A stretch of DNA of 64,000 nt from Nemertoderma westbladi (GCA_032718475.1 JAUCBJ010003349.1:19666-83665), one strand, 5' to 3'. Counted from the first letter of the stretch, positions 47,742-61,000 are shown. The notes: generated from the letters alone by a model not told the origin. Translations and numbers: made by a program.

Positions 47742-49761
47742 TGCGGCATGCCGACTTTGCGGTCATTATTATAATCTCAACGTTCGTGTTGCTTGGAGTT
47801 TAGCCCCGTTATTAAATAAAACAGTTTATCTATTCAATCAATATTCCCCCCACCTCAACTTTCAAAATGTTTCCAAAAGCGCCATACAATAGGGTTGGTG
47901 ATTCAAAAAAAAAATTTATGTAAACACGTTCATAAAATGTAAAAAGGTGTGCTGATCACGAATCTAAAAACCGTTTTTAAATTCATCGAGTTCCGGCTGA
48001 GATTCAGGGGTTTATACACAAGCACGGGAAAATCTTAGTTTAAACGCTCTGATTTACTGTTCCACTTTCTGTTCCACTTTCTGTTCCACTTTGTCGCTAG
48101 ACAACGCTAACAACATTCTCTAGCTAACAGCATACAGTTTACTATTGTTTGATGTAGGCTAATTTTAGTTATAAAGATATTTCTATTATTAGTTTGACAC
48201 AACAATGTAATGTTCATTGTTTAAGATTATTTTTATTCGTTTGTAGCGACACTGTAGGGGTTGTCCTACCGAGAGAAAGCCGCCCCAATATTAGATTATT
48301 ACAACAACATATCCATTGGGTAAGAAAGTGGAGGAGAGCCAGCCCGTCTCTTAATTTTTTACTTTATATTACGCGATCAATTTTCACTCATCTCGTCATG
48401 AACCCAACATGTATGTAACCCTTTGTTAAATTTGTTGGCTATGTGTTTGCGGCTGTTTGGGCGGGGTGTGGTAGGCCTACACTTTTCACACTTAAATATT
48501 TTGGTTGTGAAATGTTACAGGGCATAGCGATCTGAGATATTTCATTTATATTTTATTATGCGAGGAAGAAGAACATACAACGTTATTTACTATATATGTA
48601 ACAAAATAATTGTTTTCGGGTTTAACTTGGAAGCCTCCCCAAATAGTTGATATACAATTATATTTAAAATTATTTCCATGGTCATGGTCATTCACCCGTC
48701 TTTAGTTAGAAATTTGTTTGCATGAAAGACAGTTTAGTTGATTTATTATCTCTTATCTGACTGGGGTAATAATAAAGGATAGGATAAATGGAAGCAAAGT
48801 GTGACAGTAACAAATATTTCCCCGTCACCCTAGCATGTCTTAAGTATATGATATACCAAAGGGGGAAGTTTTGATTCACTGCATAAATGCAGTTCACCAA
48901 ACTTCCCCCGAATGCACACTGTAACTTCCCCCTTCCCACAAATATCCACTGTTGAATTAATTTGAAGCGATATAATAAGAACAAAATTGTGCAGTTTTTA
49001 ATTGTGTGGTCCAATTGTTATTTGATCTCTATTTATTATTTAAAGTGCATTTAATATCACACTGGTTTTTAGAATATTATACTATACAACCTTATGTTTT
49101 ATTAATTTACCCAATCGAAGCCTCATAAGGGCCGGTTATTTGTACACTTATCCCCTAATGCGCTCTGTAAGGTTCAAACAACATTAATATGAAAATAAAG
49201 TATCTGCAAAGAAAAGAACCCAATACTATATAATTTGACCTTATTAAAAAATTTGCACTTTTGCACACTTATTTGTACAAATGCACTTTAGCAGATCGTA
49301 ATGGTGGCTCTTATTTAACAAACTTATGTTTATCCTCTACCGATCTACGATGGTGTATGATCAAGTGTCAGTCGCTAAAAGTGTCAAAAATCCAATGTAA
49401 TAAATCTGGCTTTGCGATTTTGGACCATATTCATGGACATTTTTAAGTCACTTTATAGACATAAAAAGTTAAACAAATGTTACGATTATAGTTAGAAATC
49501 ATTCCAAACTACATTTTAATCCAAAAAATAATATTCTACGATGAATAGAACTGGAAATAACAGTGTTTGAAATATCGAAAAAATGTTCACTATTTAAGTG
49601 CATTTTGCACTAAGTGCACATAAGTCTTTTCCCAAGTTTTATCCTATTTCACACACTACAATCTATCTTCTATCCAATGAAAAAAGTTTCAGATTAAACG
49701 GCCTGTAGAACCGAAGTTATTTATGTTTAAAAATAGTCACTCGAAAATTTCAAATTCTCTT

Positions 49762-49834
49762 GGTCACATAGTCTAGTGGTTATCAATCACGTTAATGAAA
49801 CCTAAGTTCGCGGGTTCGAAATCCAATATTGACC
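49762..49834 (+). pseudogene. Degenerate tRNA-like sequence / SINE head
   Basis: A-box-like TAGTCTAGTGG, B-box-like GGTTCGAAATCC, terminal ggtc...gacc pairing; no intact anticodon arm. Confidence 0.4.
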
Positions 49835-51254
49835 TGACCATTCTTAATTTTTTTGCAAAAAAAATTATTTTTATTTTTTCACTAAAATCGCTCTAACTTC
49901 CATTCTGGTGGTCCAAATTCAATAAAATTGGTATATTCTTTGGGTTATTTTTGGCCCCAAAAAAATTAAAAAAAAGGGCCAAAATAACGCGATATTTTTT
50001 GACCCTTAAAATTCGTAATTTTAATTATATATGTTAAGATAAAAGATAGCGGAGTTAATTTGATACTTTTTACAGGTACTTTTGGCGCAATACGCTAAAT
50101 TATAATGGAATAGCGATTTGTTAAAAAAAAAAATTTTCGTCCCTTTTATAAATATTATATTTCACACGATCGCCTGCCGCTCCAGTTTTATAATACCTCC
50201 GGCGCTGTGATTAACGCTGTTAGATAGATAATTTAACGCACTATAAGTCTGTGTAAACAAATCTCCCGTAAGTTAAGTAGTTTTCGAGCTAGACGATTTC
50301 CCGCGAAGCAAGTTTGAAGCGCGAAATTATAATTTTGGCCCTCATTTTTTTAATATCATCCTTGGAGAAAAACCGATAGCATATTTGAATTCCCCGTATG
50401 GATATTGACTGTATAGAATGTACCTTAACCAACTAAAGTTAAAAATAAAAAATTATTCGATAAAAACTACTTTACAAATTCTGGCCCTTTTTGGCCCCTA
50501 TTGCCGACATATTTTTTGTACCCCCATTCGATAGGAACGTAGCCCCAATGGTCTTCTACGAGTTTCATAAAAGAATTAGTGGATTCCTACCCGCGTTGTC
50601 GAATTAAACATTTCGGAAATAAGTTTTCCAAAAAAGACGGACAAAAACGTACAAATTTACAGCCCCTTTTTCCACCCGAAATTTTAATAAATATCTTACC
50701 CCCATTCGATACGAAGGTAGTACCACTCTTCCCCTTTCCAACCGCGTTACTTTCGTCCCCGTACGATTAATATTAGCCGAGTTATAGCGGATCCCGCAAA
50801 GTCATTTTGTCCGTTTTTTCAACTTTGAGGGACATTTTCGGAAAAAAGGCGTGGTAATCTTTTTTGAAAAAAAAAACGAATTCACTAATTAATCCCTTCT
50901 ATCGTATCCCGGCGTCGGCTAAGCAATAACCTAGGGTTTTTTCGAGCCACTGTAGAGCGCCTTTCAAAAAAATTTTAAAATTGTCGAAAAAATGACGGAT
51001 TTTTGTCCGCCGTGTCCGTCGAAGGGTTAGATTTAGTAATGTTAGAGTTGCTAATATCTTAGAATTCCGAGCCGCTCCCGTGGTGCGAAAATAAAAAAAA
51101 TTGGTCAGTTCCTTCATCGAAAAGTCCCCCAGAATCCCAAGTTAACCTATATAGTTAGCGATGGCCTGCGGCTTTAGGAGCGGCCGCGGTATTCATTCAC
51201 CTCCCTCATAGCGGCCGCGGCGGTGTTGCGTCAAATGGAGAAATATTTATCCCA

Positions 51255-52157
51255 CCTAGTATTATATGCCTAGGCCTACTGTATTCACGAATGTTATTAG
51301 GGCTACATAAAAATGTTTTGGACCTTATTCTTTCTGTAGTAATGGTAATAAACCATCTCCACAGTTTTTTTAAACCTGACATTTTACATCGGATTTGAAC
51401 GCATTTATGATAATCACAGTGTATTCCGATTATGTTCTAGAACACGGTGGTTATGGATAGCTATACATATGTTTGTTTATAGCAACATATTAGCTATATT
51501 AAAATTAAAACCACACACAACCAATGAATGCGGATATATTTAATAATATTGAAACATAGTAAAAATAAATAGGAAATTGAAAGAAAATATAAGGTCCAAA
51601 ACTTTATCAATCAGCTGGGTTTGTAGTTTCTCACACTGACAGCAACACAAACATGGCGAAATATCACCGTTCAATAAGAACGTGTTTTGTTCCCAATTGC
51701 ATGAACTCAAAAAGAACAAATCCAGGTAAACTATTTTTTCAAGTTCCTTTTCAATGTTGTGTTGCTGTGTGCAAACACAGGTGTTCAATAAGTTTGGACC
51801 ATTATTCTCTTTCAATGTCCTATTTATTTTTACTCTCATTTCGTGCCCATGGTGTTTCAATATTTTTAAATATATCCGCATTCGTTGGTTATGTGTTGGT
51901 TTAATATGGCTAAATATGTTGCTATAAATAAACAAACATAGTACATAACTGTATGTGTATCGCTATCAATCGTGTTCTAGAACATAATCTCAATACACTG
52001 TGATTATCATAAATGCGTTTATATCCGATGTGAAATTTCAGGATTAAAAAAACTGTAGAGATGGTTTGAAGCATTTTTACAGAAAGAATAAGGTCCAAAA
52101 CTTGTAGCCCTAATAAAATTCATAAATACAGTAGGCCTGGCCTATAATAATACTAGG
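51255..52157. mobile_element. Foldback element with ~300-bp arms around a THAP-domain fragment
   Basis: 51255-51557 is inverted against 51853-52157; the centre encodes MAKYHRSIRTCFVPNC...KLFFQVP (THAP CxVPxC...FFxxP start). Confidence 0.7.
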
Positions 52158-53211
52158 AAGACAACCCCTACAGTGTCGCTACAAACGAATAAAAAGAATT
52201 TTAAACAATGAACATTGCATTGTTGTGTCAAACTAATAATAGAAATATCTTTATAACTAAAATTAGCCTACATCAAACAATAGTAAACTGTATGCTGTTA
52301 GCTAGTGAATGTTGTTAGCGTTGTCTAGCGACAAAGTGGAACAGAAAGTGGAACAGTAAATCAGAGCGTTTAAACTAAGATTTTCCCGCGCTTGTTGTGT
52401 ATAAACCCCTGAATCTCAGCCGGAACTCAATGAATTTAAAAACGGTTTTCAGATTCGTGATCAGCACATATTTTTACATTTTATGAACGTGTTTATAGAA
52501 ATGTTTTTTTTAGTCACCAACCCTATTCATAATTATTTCACACGCTCTAAATCTCACATCATCCAAACGGTCACTGAGTTTTCGAGGCCCCAGCATTTGG
52601 AACTCACTCTCACTTCAATTGAAGTCGGAAAAAATCGAGACAATCATTTCGTTCTTCCTTTAAAAACTATTGATAGCGAGATTATAATAATTTAACATTA
52701 TTAAAGTTAATTCGGTTCAAATCATAATTAAATAATAACATTTTTAACAATGAAATAAATTAATATATAAAATATTATTAGATATATCTTTATACTTCGT
52801 CTAATTCGTCTTACTTACTTAAATAAAACAATCCGAATACATTAACTTCTTATGATAATGCACGTTTGATGTTAAGGTGACGACCACATTGTAATAATTT
52901 TAGATATATTTAGTCATACCAGTTTATTTCACTCTTTGTCTTATATTCTGGCATTTTATTTTGTTATGGATTGTTATTGTTTATTTTGTTATTATTTTGT
53001 TACAATTTATGGAATTAATTGTAAGTTTTTATTTTATTTTAATTGCATGAACGGTTTAACACTTAATATAATATGATACACACATATGCGTTATTGGTTA
53101 TGTCCATAATATTTATTAAACATTATTTACAATTAATCTTGGTTAAGAATAAGTTTTCATTATCTAACGTTGCAAATTGTTTGGCATTAAAATAATAAAT
53201 GTTTGGGATGT

Positions 53212-56200
53212 TTACAAAACCAGACGTCGAGGTAACTCGTGTCCGTACCGTAGAAGCAGACCTTCTAGTTTCGCGTTTTGAATTCTCTCATCCTGGAATT
53301 TCCTTCTGGTCTCCTTTAACTCATTATTAACCTGCACGACACATTTAAGTCGCCGCTGCACATCTGTATCCCCCTCGAGTTTGGCGTTGTCCTCTTTCAA
53401 CTTGTTCATAGTCTCAACCATAACGGCAATGTCTCCCTGAGCTTTCAATCTATCTTGTTCCAGAGTCATTCTTTGTGTCTTTTGAAATTCCAATTCATCA
53501 TTGTTTTCGTAATATTTTTCCCGTAACTTTGCTATCGTTTCTTCCAATCGAGCTATTTGGGCTTTTTGAATTGTCCGCTTCGTTTCATCGGCGACTTTCA
53601 TGTCTTTTAACTTTTCCATAAAGAAGCATTTATCAGCTTCAAGCATTTCAATGCTTTTGTTTCTTTCAGTGACTAATTGTTGTAGAGGTTTGTCAGCAAT
53701 ATTGGCGGTATCATTAACACCAATAGGGATGTTCCCTTGTCTGTTAGCACTTGAGACATGTGCTTCTTCAACGGGTACCCTTTCTCCTAATATATTTATT
53801 TGTTCATTCAATCTCTCAATAATCAACTCTTTCTCTATTATTATACCATTGTAATAGTTCTTGCTTTCCTCCTGGACTATTTTTTGCGAGTCGCAAATAC
53901 TTATCAGTTTACTCACATTTGAATTCAATTTGTCAAGTACATTCGATTCAGATTCAGTTATGGTTTCAGTGTTGCATTTAACTTCGGTATCTGTGGGTAA
54001 ATATTGGTCAGTTCGAAATAATATATTAATCAGTGAATCAAATTTATTATCTTTGCCTAATATAGATTCAGACTGTTTGCGCTGCAGTTCATTTACGCGA
54101 TCTGCCAAGTCCGTGTTAACTTTTTCAAAGCCCATCAATTTGTCACGAAGCATTTCAGATTGTGTTTTGTCATGTTCCATCTCCTTTTTCATATCATCAA
54201 ACCGCGTAATATAACCTTGTAATGTTGATTCTAACTTATTGCATTCCAGCGTCTTTACATTATATGATGCTTTTGTATCTGCCAATTCTTTGGATAATGT
54301 TGAACACATTGATTTCTTTAGATTTAACTCGTTTCTTATTTCAGAAATTTCTCTCTGTTTACTATAATTGACTCCACTTAGTTCCTGTTTTAAACCAAAA
54401 ATACTTGACTCATATTTCACCATTTGAGATTTCAGTTGTTTCTGAAGATCAGTTACTTCTTGTGATGCAGATTCCAGTTGTACCTTATAATCGTTTTCAG
54501 TTCCCTTTAGAAATAATTTCAATTCCTTCTCATTGAGTCCCAACTTTTCAACGGTTTGGTCTCTAATTGTTATTTGATCTTGAAGTTCTTTAATAATTTT
54601 GGCATAACAATCTACATTGTTCACAGTTTCCCTTAACTGAGCCCTTGTTTTCTCCAAGTCATCTAAATAATTATCCCTTTCTCCAATAATACTAGATAGT
54701 TTCTCCTCCGTTTCCAATAGCTTCGACGGCTCAACTTTACCTTCAGATTCTTTTTTTAGAGCCTTTAATTTTATTTGTAGATCAGATTTTGCTGCTAATA
54801 GTTCTATCTCTGTGTTAGCAAGGTCCTGCAAAGAGGTTTCCAGGGTATCACATTTCATTTTGAGTAAATTATTCATAGTCAATAAATCATTTTCTCTTTT
54901 TGAGGCTGCATCTAAATCAATAATATGTTTCTTCTCCATATCTCTAGATTTTTCAATTTCTAAATTTTTTTTATTTATTTCTTCTTGTCTCTCGGAATTC
55001 GTCTTGATCTCCAATGATTGTTTTATTTTGATAGTATCAGCTTGGTCTTTGATCATGATTTTATAAGACGATTCTTGATCTATTAATCGAGATATTTCTT
55101 TCCTTAACTGCTCTGATGTTTTCTCAAATTCATCCTTTCCAGAATTATAGTGTAATTGAAGCTCCAAATGTTTTTCCTCTAATGCTTTCTGTTCTGAACG
55201 AGCATTTTCCAGCTGGATAGTGTGATTGTCCACCAATTCCGATAGATTAACAATGGCATTATCTTTTTCTCCTACAATACCCCTCAAGTCTTCTTCTCGT
55301 TTGTTGCTCTCTGAGACATTCACCTCTAGCTGAAGCTGCGACTTACTCAACCTCTCTGTAAGTTCATCTATATGATTACATTTCTCAAGGACTTTACTAT
55401 CCAGCTCCGCCATAGCTTTTTCCATTTCACATATATTATCCCTTTGTGATTTAATTGTTACTAAATATCTATCAGATTCTTCTGCATATTTCTCTTTTGC
55501 AATGTTCAGGTTTTTCTCAGATGATTCATATTTTTCTTCAAGACATAATAGAGTTGTTTTAAGGTCGTTTGATATTTTATCATAACTATGAAGCTTCTTG
55601 TTTAATTTTGTTTTGATAATATCATCTGTCTTTATCTTTTGAATAGCCCCAGTAAGTTCTTTTTTAATAGCATTACTATTCAATAAATCCTGCTCTAGTG
55701 TGCTGTTTTTAATAATTTCTGAATTTAATTTAATTTCTAGTTGTTGTGCGTTTTCTTCTTGTTCCTTTTTATGAATAATTGTTTCATTTAATTTATTTTC
55801 AACTTCTGATAGTTTAGATGTCAATTCTTTCCTTGATTTCTTTTCATGTGCACTTGTCTTCTTCTGCAATTGCATTGATTGTAGTAGTTCAGTAATTTCA
55901 GTATCTTTAGTATCGAGTTTGGTCTCTAAAGATTTCAACTCATGTTGTAGACCTTCTGCTTTCGATTCTGAGTCGCTACTGGATACTTTTAAATTCTTCA
56001 ACTTGCCTTCGAGATCCTGAATGATTAATTCATAATGTGATGTTTTTGTAGACAATGAACTTAGTTCCTTGGCTTGAAGTTGTTTCAACCCTTTCGTTTC
56101 TGATTTAAGTTTTTCATGCCTAGCATATAAGTCATTAAGCTCATCACTCATCACTGCTTCGTTGCATTTCGAAGAGCGCAGTTCCTCGTCCTTGATTAGG

Positions 56201-57924
56201 AGTTGCTTAGTAAAATTCAACTGTTCACTGGCAAATTTACTTTTTTCAGTATCCAGCATAACTAGTGATGTATTATACTTTTCTGAAAGGTAAATTTGCG
56301 CCTGGTTACACTTTATGGCGTCTGCTTCCAACCCCACAATTTTCTCACAGAGTTTAGAATTTTCCTCCTCTAGGTTCTCCAAATTTTCTATATTTCCGTG
56401 TTCAGCATCGTCGCTAGTCATCTTCAACTTTGAAATTGTAGATAACTGTCTCACCAAGTTAATGTGCTTTCCAATTACTGAGTTTCTATTTTCCACCGAT
56501 TTGTTCTGATAATTCTTGAACGCCAACTCAACTTCAATCTTGTCTTCAGAAACTTTCTGCATATCTCGAGTCATCCGTTCTGTTTCAGTAGAAAATTGTT
56601 GTCGGGTTTCTTCCAGTTCCATCGTGATACCCGTTATTTTATCCTCCAGGATGGCGATAAGCTTCGCATTCTTTGCATCAGTTCGTCCTGGAAATGATGA
56701 GAGGTTCTTCTCTTTGAGAGCATCAGTTTTTACATTATCTAACTGGGCCATCAACTCCTGAACGCGGCCTTTTAGCATTTTTATCTCTTTCCTGAGATCA
56801 TCCAAGGACCCAGAACTGTCTTCATTGACTCGCGCCTTATTCCTTATCAGCTTTGCTCGTCGCGCAAACATTAGTGTAGACTGGGTATCGGCATGGCAAC
56901 GCGAACCCGGGTGAATATTTGCAATAATATGCGTCTTGGCATTCCCACCAAGCGAATCTCTTAACAAAAAAGTTAATTTGGAATCACGGTACGGGATATA
57001 AGTAGCATCCTTTTTTGACTGCATAATTTCAACCAATGCATTTATAACACGAGCTAATACCGTTAATGAGTAATTAATTTTTCCAGCTTCTTTCAATCTG
57101 ACACCCTGCGATAAGCTATCTCCTTGTCGTTCTGAACCGGCTAAATCAATTAACCTCAACTGGGATGATCGAACATTCACAATACCTGAACATACTACTT
57201 TTGACTCTATGGCAACTGCGAATACAGCATGACTTCGAGAACTAACTACGTTCATCATTGTTGATGCAACTCGTCTGTTGTTTAAACCAATCTGGACCGT
57301 TTTAAATGCGTCTAAAGCATTCGTAACATCTTTTTCTACAATTCCCGACACGAAGATGCCTCGATCGGCACTCTCTCTGATTTGCAGATTCGGAGTTTGT
57401 GGGTTTAAAAGGTCGAATAATGAATCATTGTATATTTCAATAAAACTCGTTTTGCAAACTATTTCTACTTTGGCATCCTCATCGGCTTTCATATCATCTA
57501 TCCTTGCGAATAGGTACTCCAACGCCCTTGGGACCAGCCCTCTAAGGGGGTCCTTCATAATGTCAGTGGTACGGCCCTCCACATTTGGACCAAACATAGT
57601 GTATGTCTTACCGGAAGATGTCTGCCCATACGCGAAGATCGTGCCGTTATATCCGTCCAAACAGCTGTCCACAATCGCTTTACCCGCCATCCCAAACATA
57701 GTGGTCTGATCTGTCGTCTCACCCGCGACGTAATCGAAGGTGAATTGCTTGTTGGTTTCGGCTTTATCGGGATATCCAAAGGAAATCGTTTTCTTATCTT
57801 CGACGCTAATTATATTTACATTTCCAACTGTGTTCGCATGTTGAAGTGGCCTTACCCTAATGAAAACGCGAATGCTATCCGAACTGGAATCAATGTCACA
57901 ATCCTTTGATACAATCGTAGTCAT
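53212..57924 (-). CDS. KIF15: Kinesin-12 family motor KIF15-like, 1570 aa, single exon
   Basis: IRVFIRVRP, P-loop GQTSSGKT, SSRSH, DLAGSE, and KIF15-like DSLGGNAKTHIIANIHPGSRC...AKLIRNKARVNED; long coiled-coil tail. Confidence 0.88.
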   Translation of the reverse strand: MTTIVSKDCDIDSSSDSIRVFIRVRPLQHANTVGNVNIISVEDKKTISFGYPDKAETNKQFTFDYVAGETTDQTTMFGMAGKAIVDSCLDGYNGTIFAYGQTSSGKTYTMFGPNVEGRTTDIMKDPLRGLVPRALEYLFARIDDMKADEDAKVEIVCKTSFIEIYNDSLFDLLNPQTPNLQIRESADRGIFVSGIVEKDVTNALDAFKTVQIGLNNRRVASTMMNVVSSRSHAVFAVAIESKVVCSGIVNVRSSQLRLIDLAGSERQGDSLSQGVRLKEAGKINYSLTVLARVINALVEIMQSKKDATYIPYRDSKLTFLLRDSLGGNAKTHIIANIHPGSRCHADTQSTLMFARRAKLIRNKARVNEDSSGSLDDLRKEIKMLKGRVQELMAQLDNVKTDALKEKNLSSFPGRTDAKNAKLIAILEDKITGITMELEETRQQFSTETERMTRDMQKVSEDKIEVELAFKNYQNKSVENRNSVIGKHINLVRQLSTISKLKMTSDDAEHGNIENLENLEEENSKLCEKIVGLEADAIKCNQAQIYLSEKYNTSLVMLDTEKSKFASEQLNFTKQLLIKDEELRSSKCNEAVMSDELNDLYARHEKLKSETKGLKQLQAKELSSLSTKTSHYELIIQDLEGKLKNLKVSSSDSESKAEGLQHELKSLETKLDTKDTEITELLQSMQLQKKTSAHEKKSRKELTSKLSEVENKLNETIIHKKEQEENAQQLEIKLNSEIIKNSTLEQDLLNSNAIKKELTGAIQKIKTDDIIKTKLNKKLHSYDKISNDLKTTLLCLEEKYESSEKNLNIAKEKYAEESDRYLVTIKSQRDNICEMEKAMAELDSKVLEKCNHIDELTERLSKSQLQLEVNVSESNKREEDLRGIVGEKDNAIVNLSELVDNHTIQLENARSEQKALEEKHLELQLHYNSGKDEFEKTSEQLRKEISRLIDQESSYKIMIKDQADTIKIKQSLEIKTNSERQEEINKKNLEIEKSRDMEKKHIIDLDAASKRENDLLTMNNLLKMKCDTLETSLQDLANTEIELLAAKSDLQIKLKALKKESEGKVEPSKLLETEEKLSSIIGERDNYLDDLEKTRAQLRETVNNVDCYAKIIKELQDQITIRDQTVEKLGLNEKELKLFLKGTENDYKVQLESASQEVTDLQKQLKSQMVKYESSIFGLKQELSGVNYSKQREISEIRNELNLKKSMCSTLSKELADTKASYNVKTLECNKLESTLQGYITRFDDMKKEMEHDKTQSEMLRDKLMGFEKVNTDLADRVNELQRKQSESILGKDNKFDSLINILFRTDQYLPTDTEVKCNTETITESESNVLDKLNSNVSKLISICDSQKIVQEESKNYYNGIIIEKELIIERLNEQINILGERVPVEEAHVSSANRQGNIPIGVNDTANIADKPLQQLVTERNKSIEMLEADKCFFMEKLKDMKVADETKRTIQKAQIARLEETIAKLREKYYENNDELEFQKTQRMTLEQDRLKAQGDIAVMVETMNKLKEDNAKLEGDTDVQRRLKCVVQVNNELKETRRKFQDERIQNAKLEGLLLRYGHELPRRLVL

Positions 57925-58416
57925 TATCCTATTGTGGTAACTATTAAATTGAAAAATATACTTAGAGACTTAACAGGATTTCTATCACGCTAGAATAACA
58001 CTAGACTAGAATAAAGATAACAAAAATGTAGGGCACTGGTATAGCTTGTGTGACCATTTTTGAAAATTGATTTTTTTTTGTATTTTTGATTGTTTTTGTA
58101 TTGGTGAATGATCTAGAACCTTGTAGATATTTTTTTAGGGTAGCTAGTGATTTTTTACTCTCTAGTAATTATTGAAAATGAAAACAAAATAAAAAAATTA
58201 ATACACTTTGAACTGTTATAATATCATCAATATTTTTGATCGTTAATATATTCTGCAACAGTTTAAACCTGAAACATCAATGTTGTCACATTTTTATATA
58301 ATTTAAAAAAAAACTAGATACCATAAAAAACATTTCTACTAATGTTCTAGAACACTTATCAATAACAAAAATTTACGTACTTTTTAAATTTAAAAAATTG
58401 TCACACAAGTTAGGCC

Positions 58417-59626
58417 TACACCATGTCCTGGAATATTGTGTCGTTATTCTGGTACCCACCGCCACCCCCCCCCCCCCCCACCCCCAAATTTTTCTACAAA
58501 TCTTTATGAGATTGCGTGACATTTGAAACAGAGATAGTTTCACCTCCCTCCTCCTTACTGGGTGAACCAGGATTTTTATTTTTGCTTTCATTCTTTAGCT
58601 ACAAGTGTTTGAAAGAAGAAAGGTCAAAGGTGTCTCCGTCGATATTGTGACCAGTTACACCGCAGTTATTCTTCAACATTATAGAGGTTTTTATTTTGTA
58701 TGAGATTTGTTTGGGCCAGGATTCCAAATATGTAATTAAACATGTGAATTTGGCTGGGAAATAGCTGAGGTATGGGCGCTCGAAAGTTGCATGGGTAGTA
58801 GTGTGTTTTGTGCACACCCCCCCCCCCCCCCCCCCCCCTCAAATTTTTTATACTAGCTAGTTTTTGTTACTTTGTTTTAAAAACATGTTCTAGAACATAT
58901 AATCTATTCATTTAATATTTTAATAATATTTTATTTGTGAGTTATGATATATATATGATTTTATAGTGAGTTGGTACTGATGGAAAGCTGGCCATGTAAG
59001 GATTCCAAATATGTAACATACTGTAATCTGAATTTCGTATAAAAATAGCTGAGATATGGGCGTTCAAAAGTTGTTTGGTTTTGTATCTGCATGAGGCTAT
59101 TTTATTCCATTAAATAAAAATACCATATTCTAGAAGATTTTGTTTATTTATGAATAGCTATGTAATAGTATAATTAAAGAGGTATTGCATTGTTGCCCAG
59201 CTACGTATGGAATAAACAAAATGTTCTAGAATATGGTACATTATTACATAGAATAAATGGCCTGCAGGGGGAAGCAAATACATGCAACATTCGAACGCCC
59301 ATACCTCAGCTATTTCCCAATCAAATTCAAATATTTGTACATATTTGGAATCCGTGCATGGGTAACTTTCTATTGGTACCATCAAATCACAATACGGTTG
59401 TATAATGATTGCACTGTGACCTGTGAAACATCGCCGGAGACACCTTTTTCAAACACTTGTAGCTAAAGATTGAAAGCAATAATAAAAATTCTGGCTCACC
59501 CAGCAAGGAGGAGGGAGATGAAACTATCTCTGTTTCAAATTTCATGCAATCTAATTAAGATTTATAGAAAAATATGGGGGGGGGGGGGGGGGGGGGGCAG
59601 CTACCTGAATAACGACACTATATTCC
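58417..59626. mobile_element. Palindromic MITE (TACACCATGTCC family) with ~400-bp imperfect arms
   Basis: 58417-58800 is inverted against 59250-59626; the right tip is truncated. Confidence 0.8.
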
Positions 59627-59973
59627 AAAAATGGTCACACAAGTTATACCAGTCCCGAAGATTCTAAGGAAATATTTTGAAAATAATTTAGTCGTAAATA
59701 AGAAAAGTAGCAGCCGAATCCTGATCGCTGCCTATGACCCGTTACTTAGTAGTACATTATGTCCTGCAAACAGGACATAATAATGCCGCAATTTGATACC
59801 TATTCAATAATTAATTATATTATTTAAGAAAGTACAGAGTTGCCAAGGCTACAACAACAGACATGCAAGAACAGTATGTATATTTAACAAACTGCAGTAT
59901 TATAGGCGACAAATAAGACGAGTGGTGCTTTTTGGCAGCAAAACTGTAGGCCATTTCAGGGATCGGTTACCAT

Positions 59974-60720
59974 TACACCATGCCCAGGAATAATAGAGTA
60001 AAGTCAGTGTCTTTATTCCTGGTCGCACACAAATTTTATTCACAAATCTTAATGAGATATAATGAAATGTGAAACAGAGAGAGTTTCATCTCCATCCTCC
60101 TTGCTGGGTGAGTCAGAATTGTTACTATCCGCTCTTATTTATATAGGTACAAGTATTTAATTGAAAAAAGGTGTCTCCGTCGATATGGTACCGGTTCCGA
60201 GGTGTCTCCGTCGATATGGTACCGGTTCCGCCGCAGGTATTCTACAACCATCATAGTGATTTGTTGGTACTGGTATGTATTGGGATTGATGTGTGTTTTA
60301 GTATTAGTTTATTGAATGTTGTGAACTAACAAACTAGGTATTATATTGTTGCCCAGCTAGTTTGGAGATAAATAGTTCCAGAATTGTGTAACTGTTAAAT
60401 GTAAAGTGTAATTTACAAATAACTTTACTGCTAATAAAGTAACGACAGGGCGAAGTCCGCAACATTAATACCTTACTGCATATATACCGATTAAATTTTA
60501 TTATAACTTATAATTTTAATTATTTATCATTCAATAAATATTTTTTAAAAATGTTCTATAAGTAAAAAAATAATATAAAATATAAATAAACAAAATGTTC
60601 CAGAACATTGTGTATTTATTTATTATAATAAAATAGCCTCGTGCAGATAAAACCGTTCATCTTTCGAACGACGAAATTCAGATTGCGTTACATATTTGGA
60701 ATCCTTGCATTGAAGCTTTC
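59974..60720. mobile_element. Older copy of the same MITE family
   Basis: tacaccatgcccaggaata, cctccttgctgggtgag and ggtgtctccgtcgatat (locally duplicated at 60170-60228). Confidence 0.6.
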
Positions 60721-60734
60721 CTACCCCAGACCGA

Positions 60735-61000
60735 ATTACTACGCTTCCACGACGTGGAGCATGTATGTAGTATGTGGGGCGAGTGACGAAAGTAAGCGAG
60801 CTTAGCATACAGGTACCACTAACTCAATCGGTGTGTCTGTTGATCTGTCGATCTGTTGTTCTGTCGTTCTGTCGTGTCCAATTTTAAACGTTAATAACTC
60901 AGCCAAATGTTAATGAAATTTAACCAAACTTGGTACACATGTAGTCTGGCCAAAGTTTAGAAATTTTCCAAGTTGAATTTGCGTGGGGTCTTCGTGCAGC
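60735..61000 (+). mobile_element. HINE/DINE-like 5' fragment
   Basis: tgtggggcgag..acgaa.gtaag...cttagc (homolog of the 58-bp monomer), (tctgt)n-type microsatellite, aaacttggtacacatg. Confidence 0.55.

Larger units (their letters stand above)
47890..52525. mobile_element. 4.6-kb element bounded by ~370-bp inverted repeats
   Basis: 47890-48264 (tagggttggtga...gcgacactgtaggggttgtc) is the reverse complement of 52160-52525. Confidence 0.85.
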
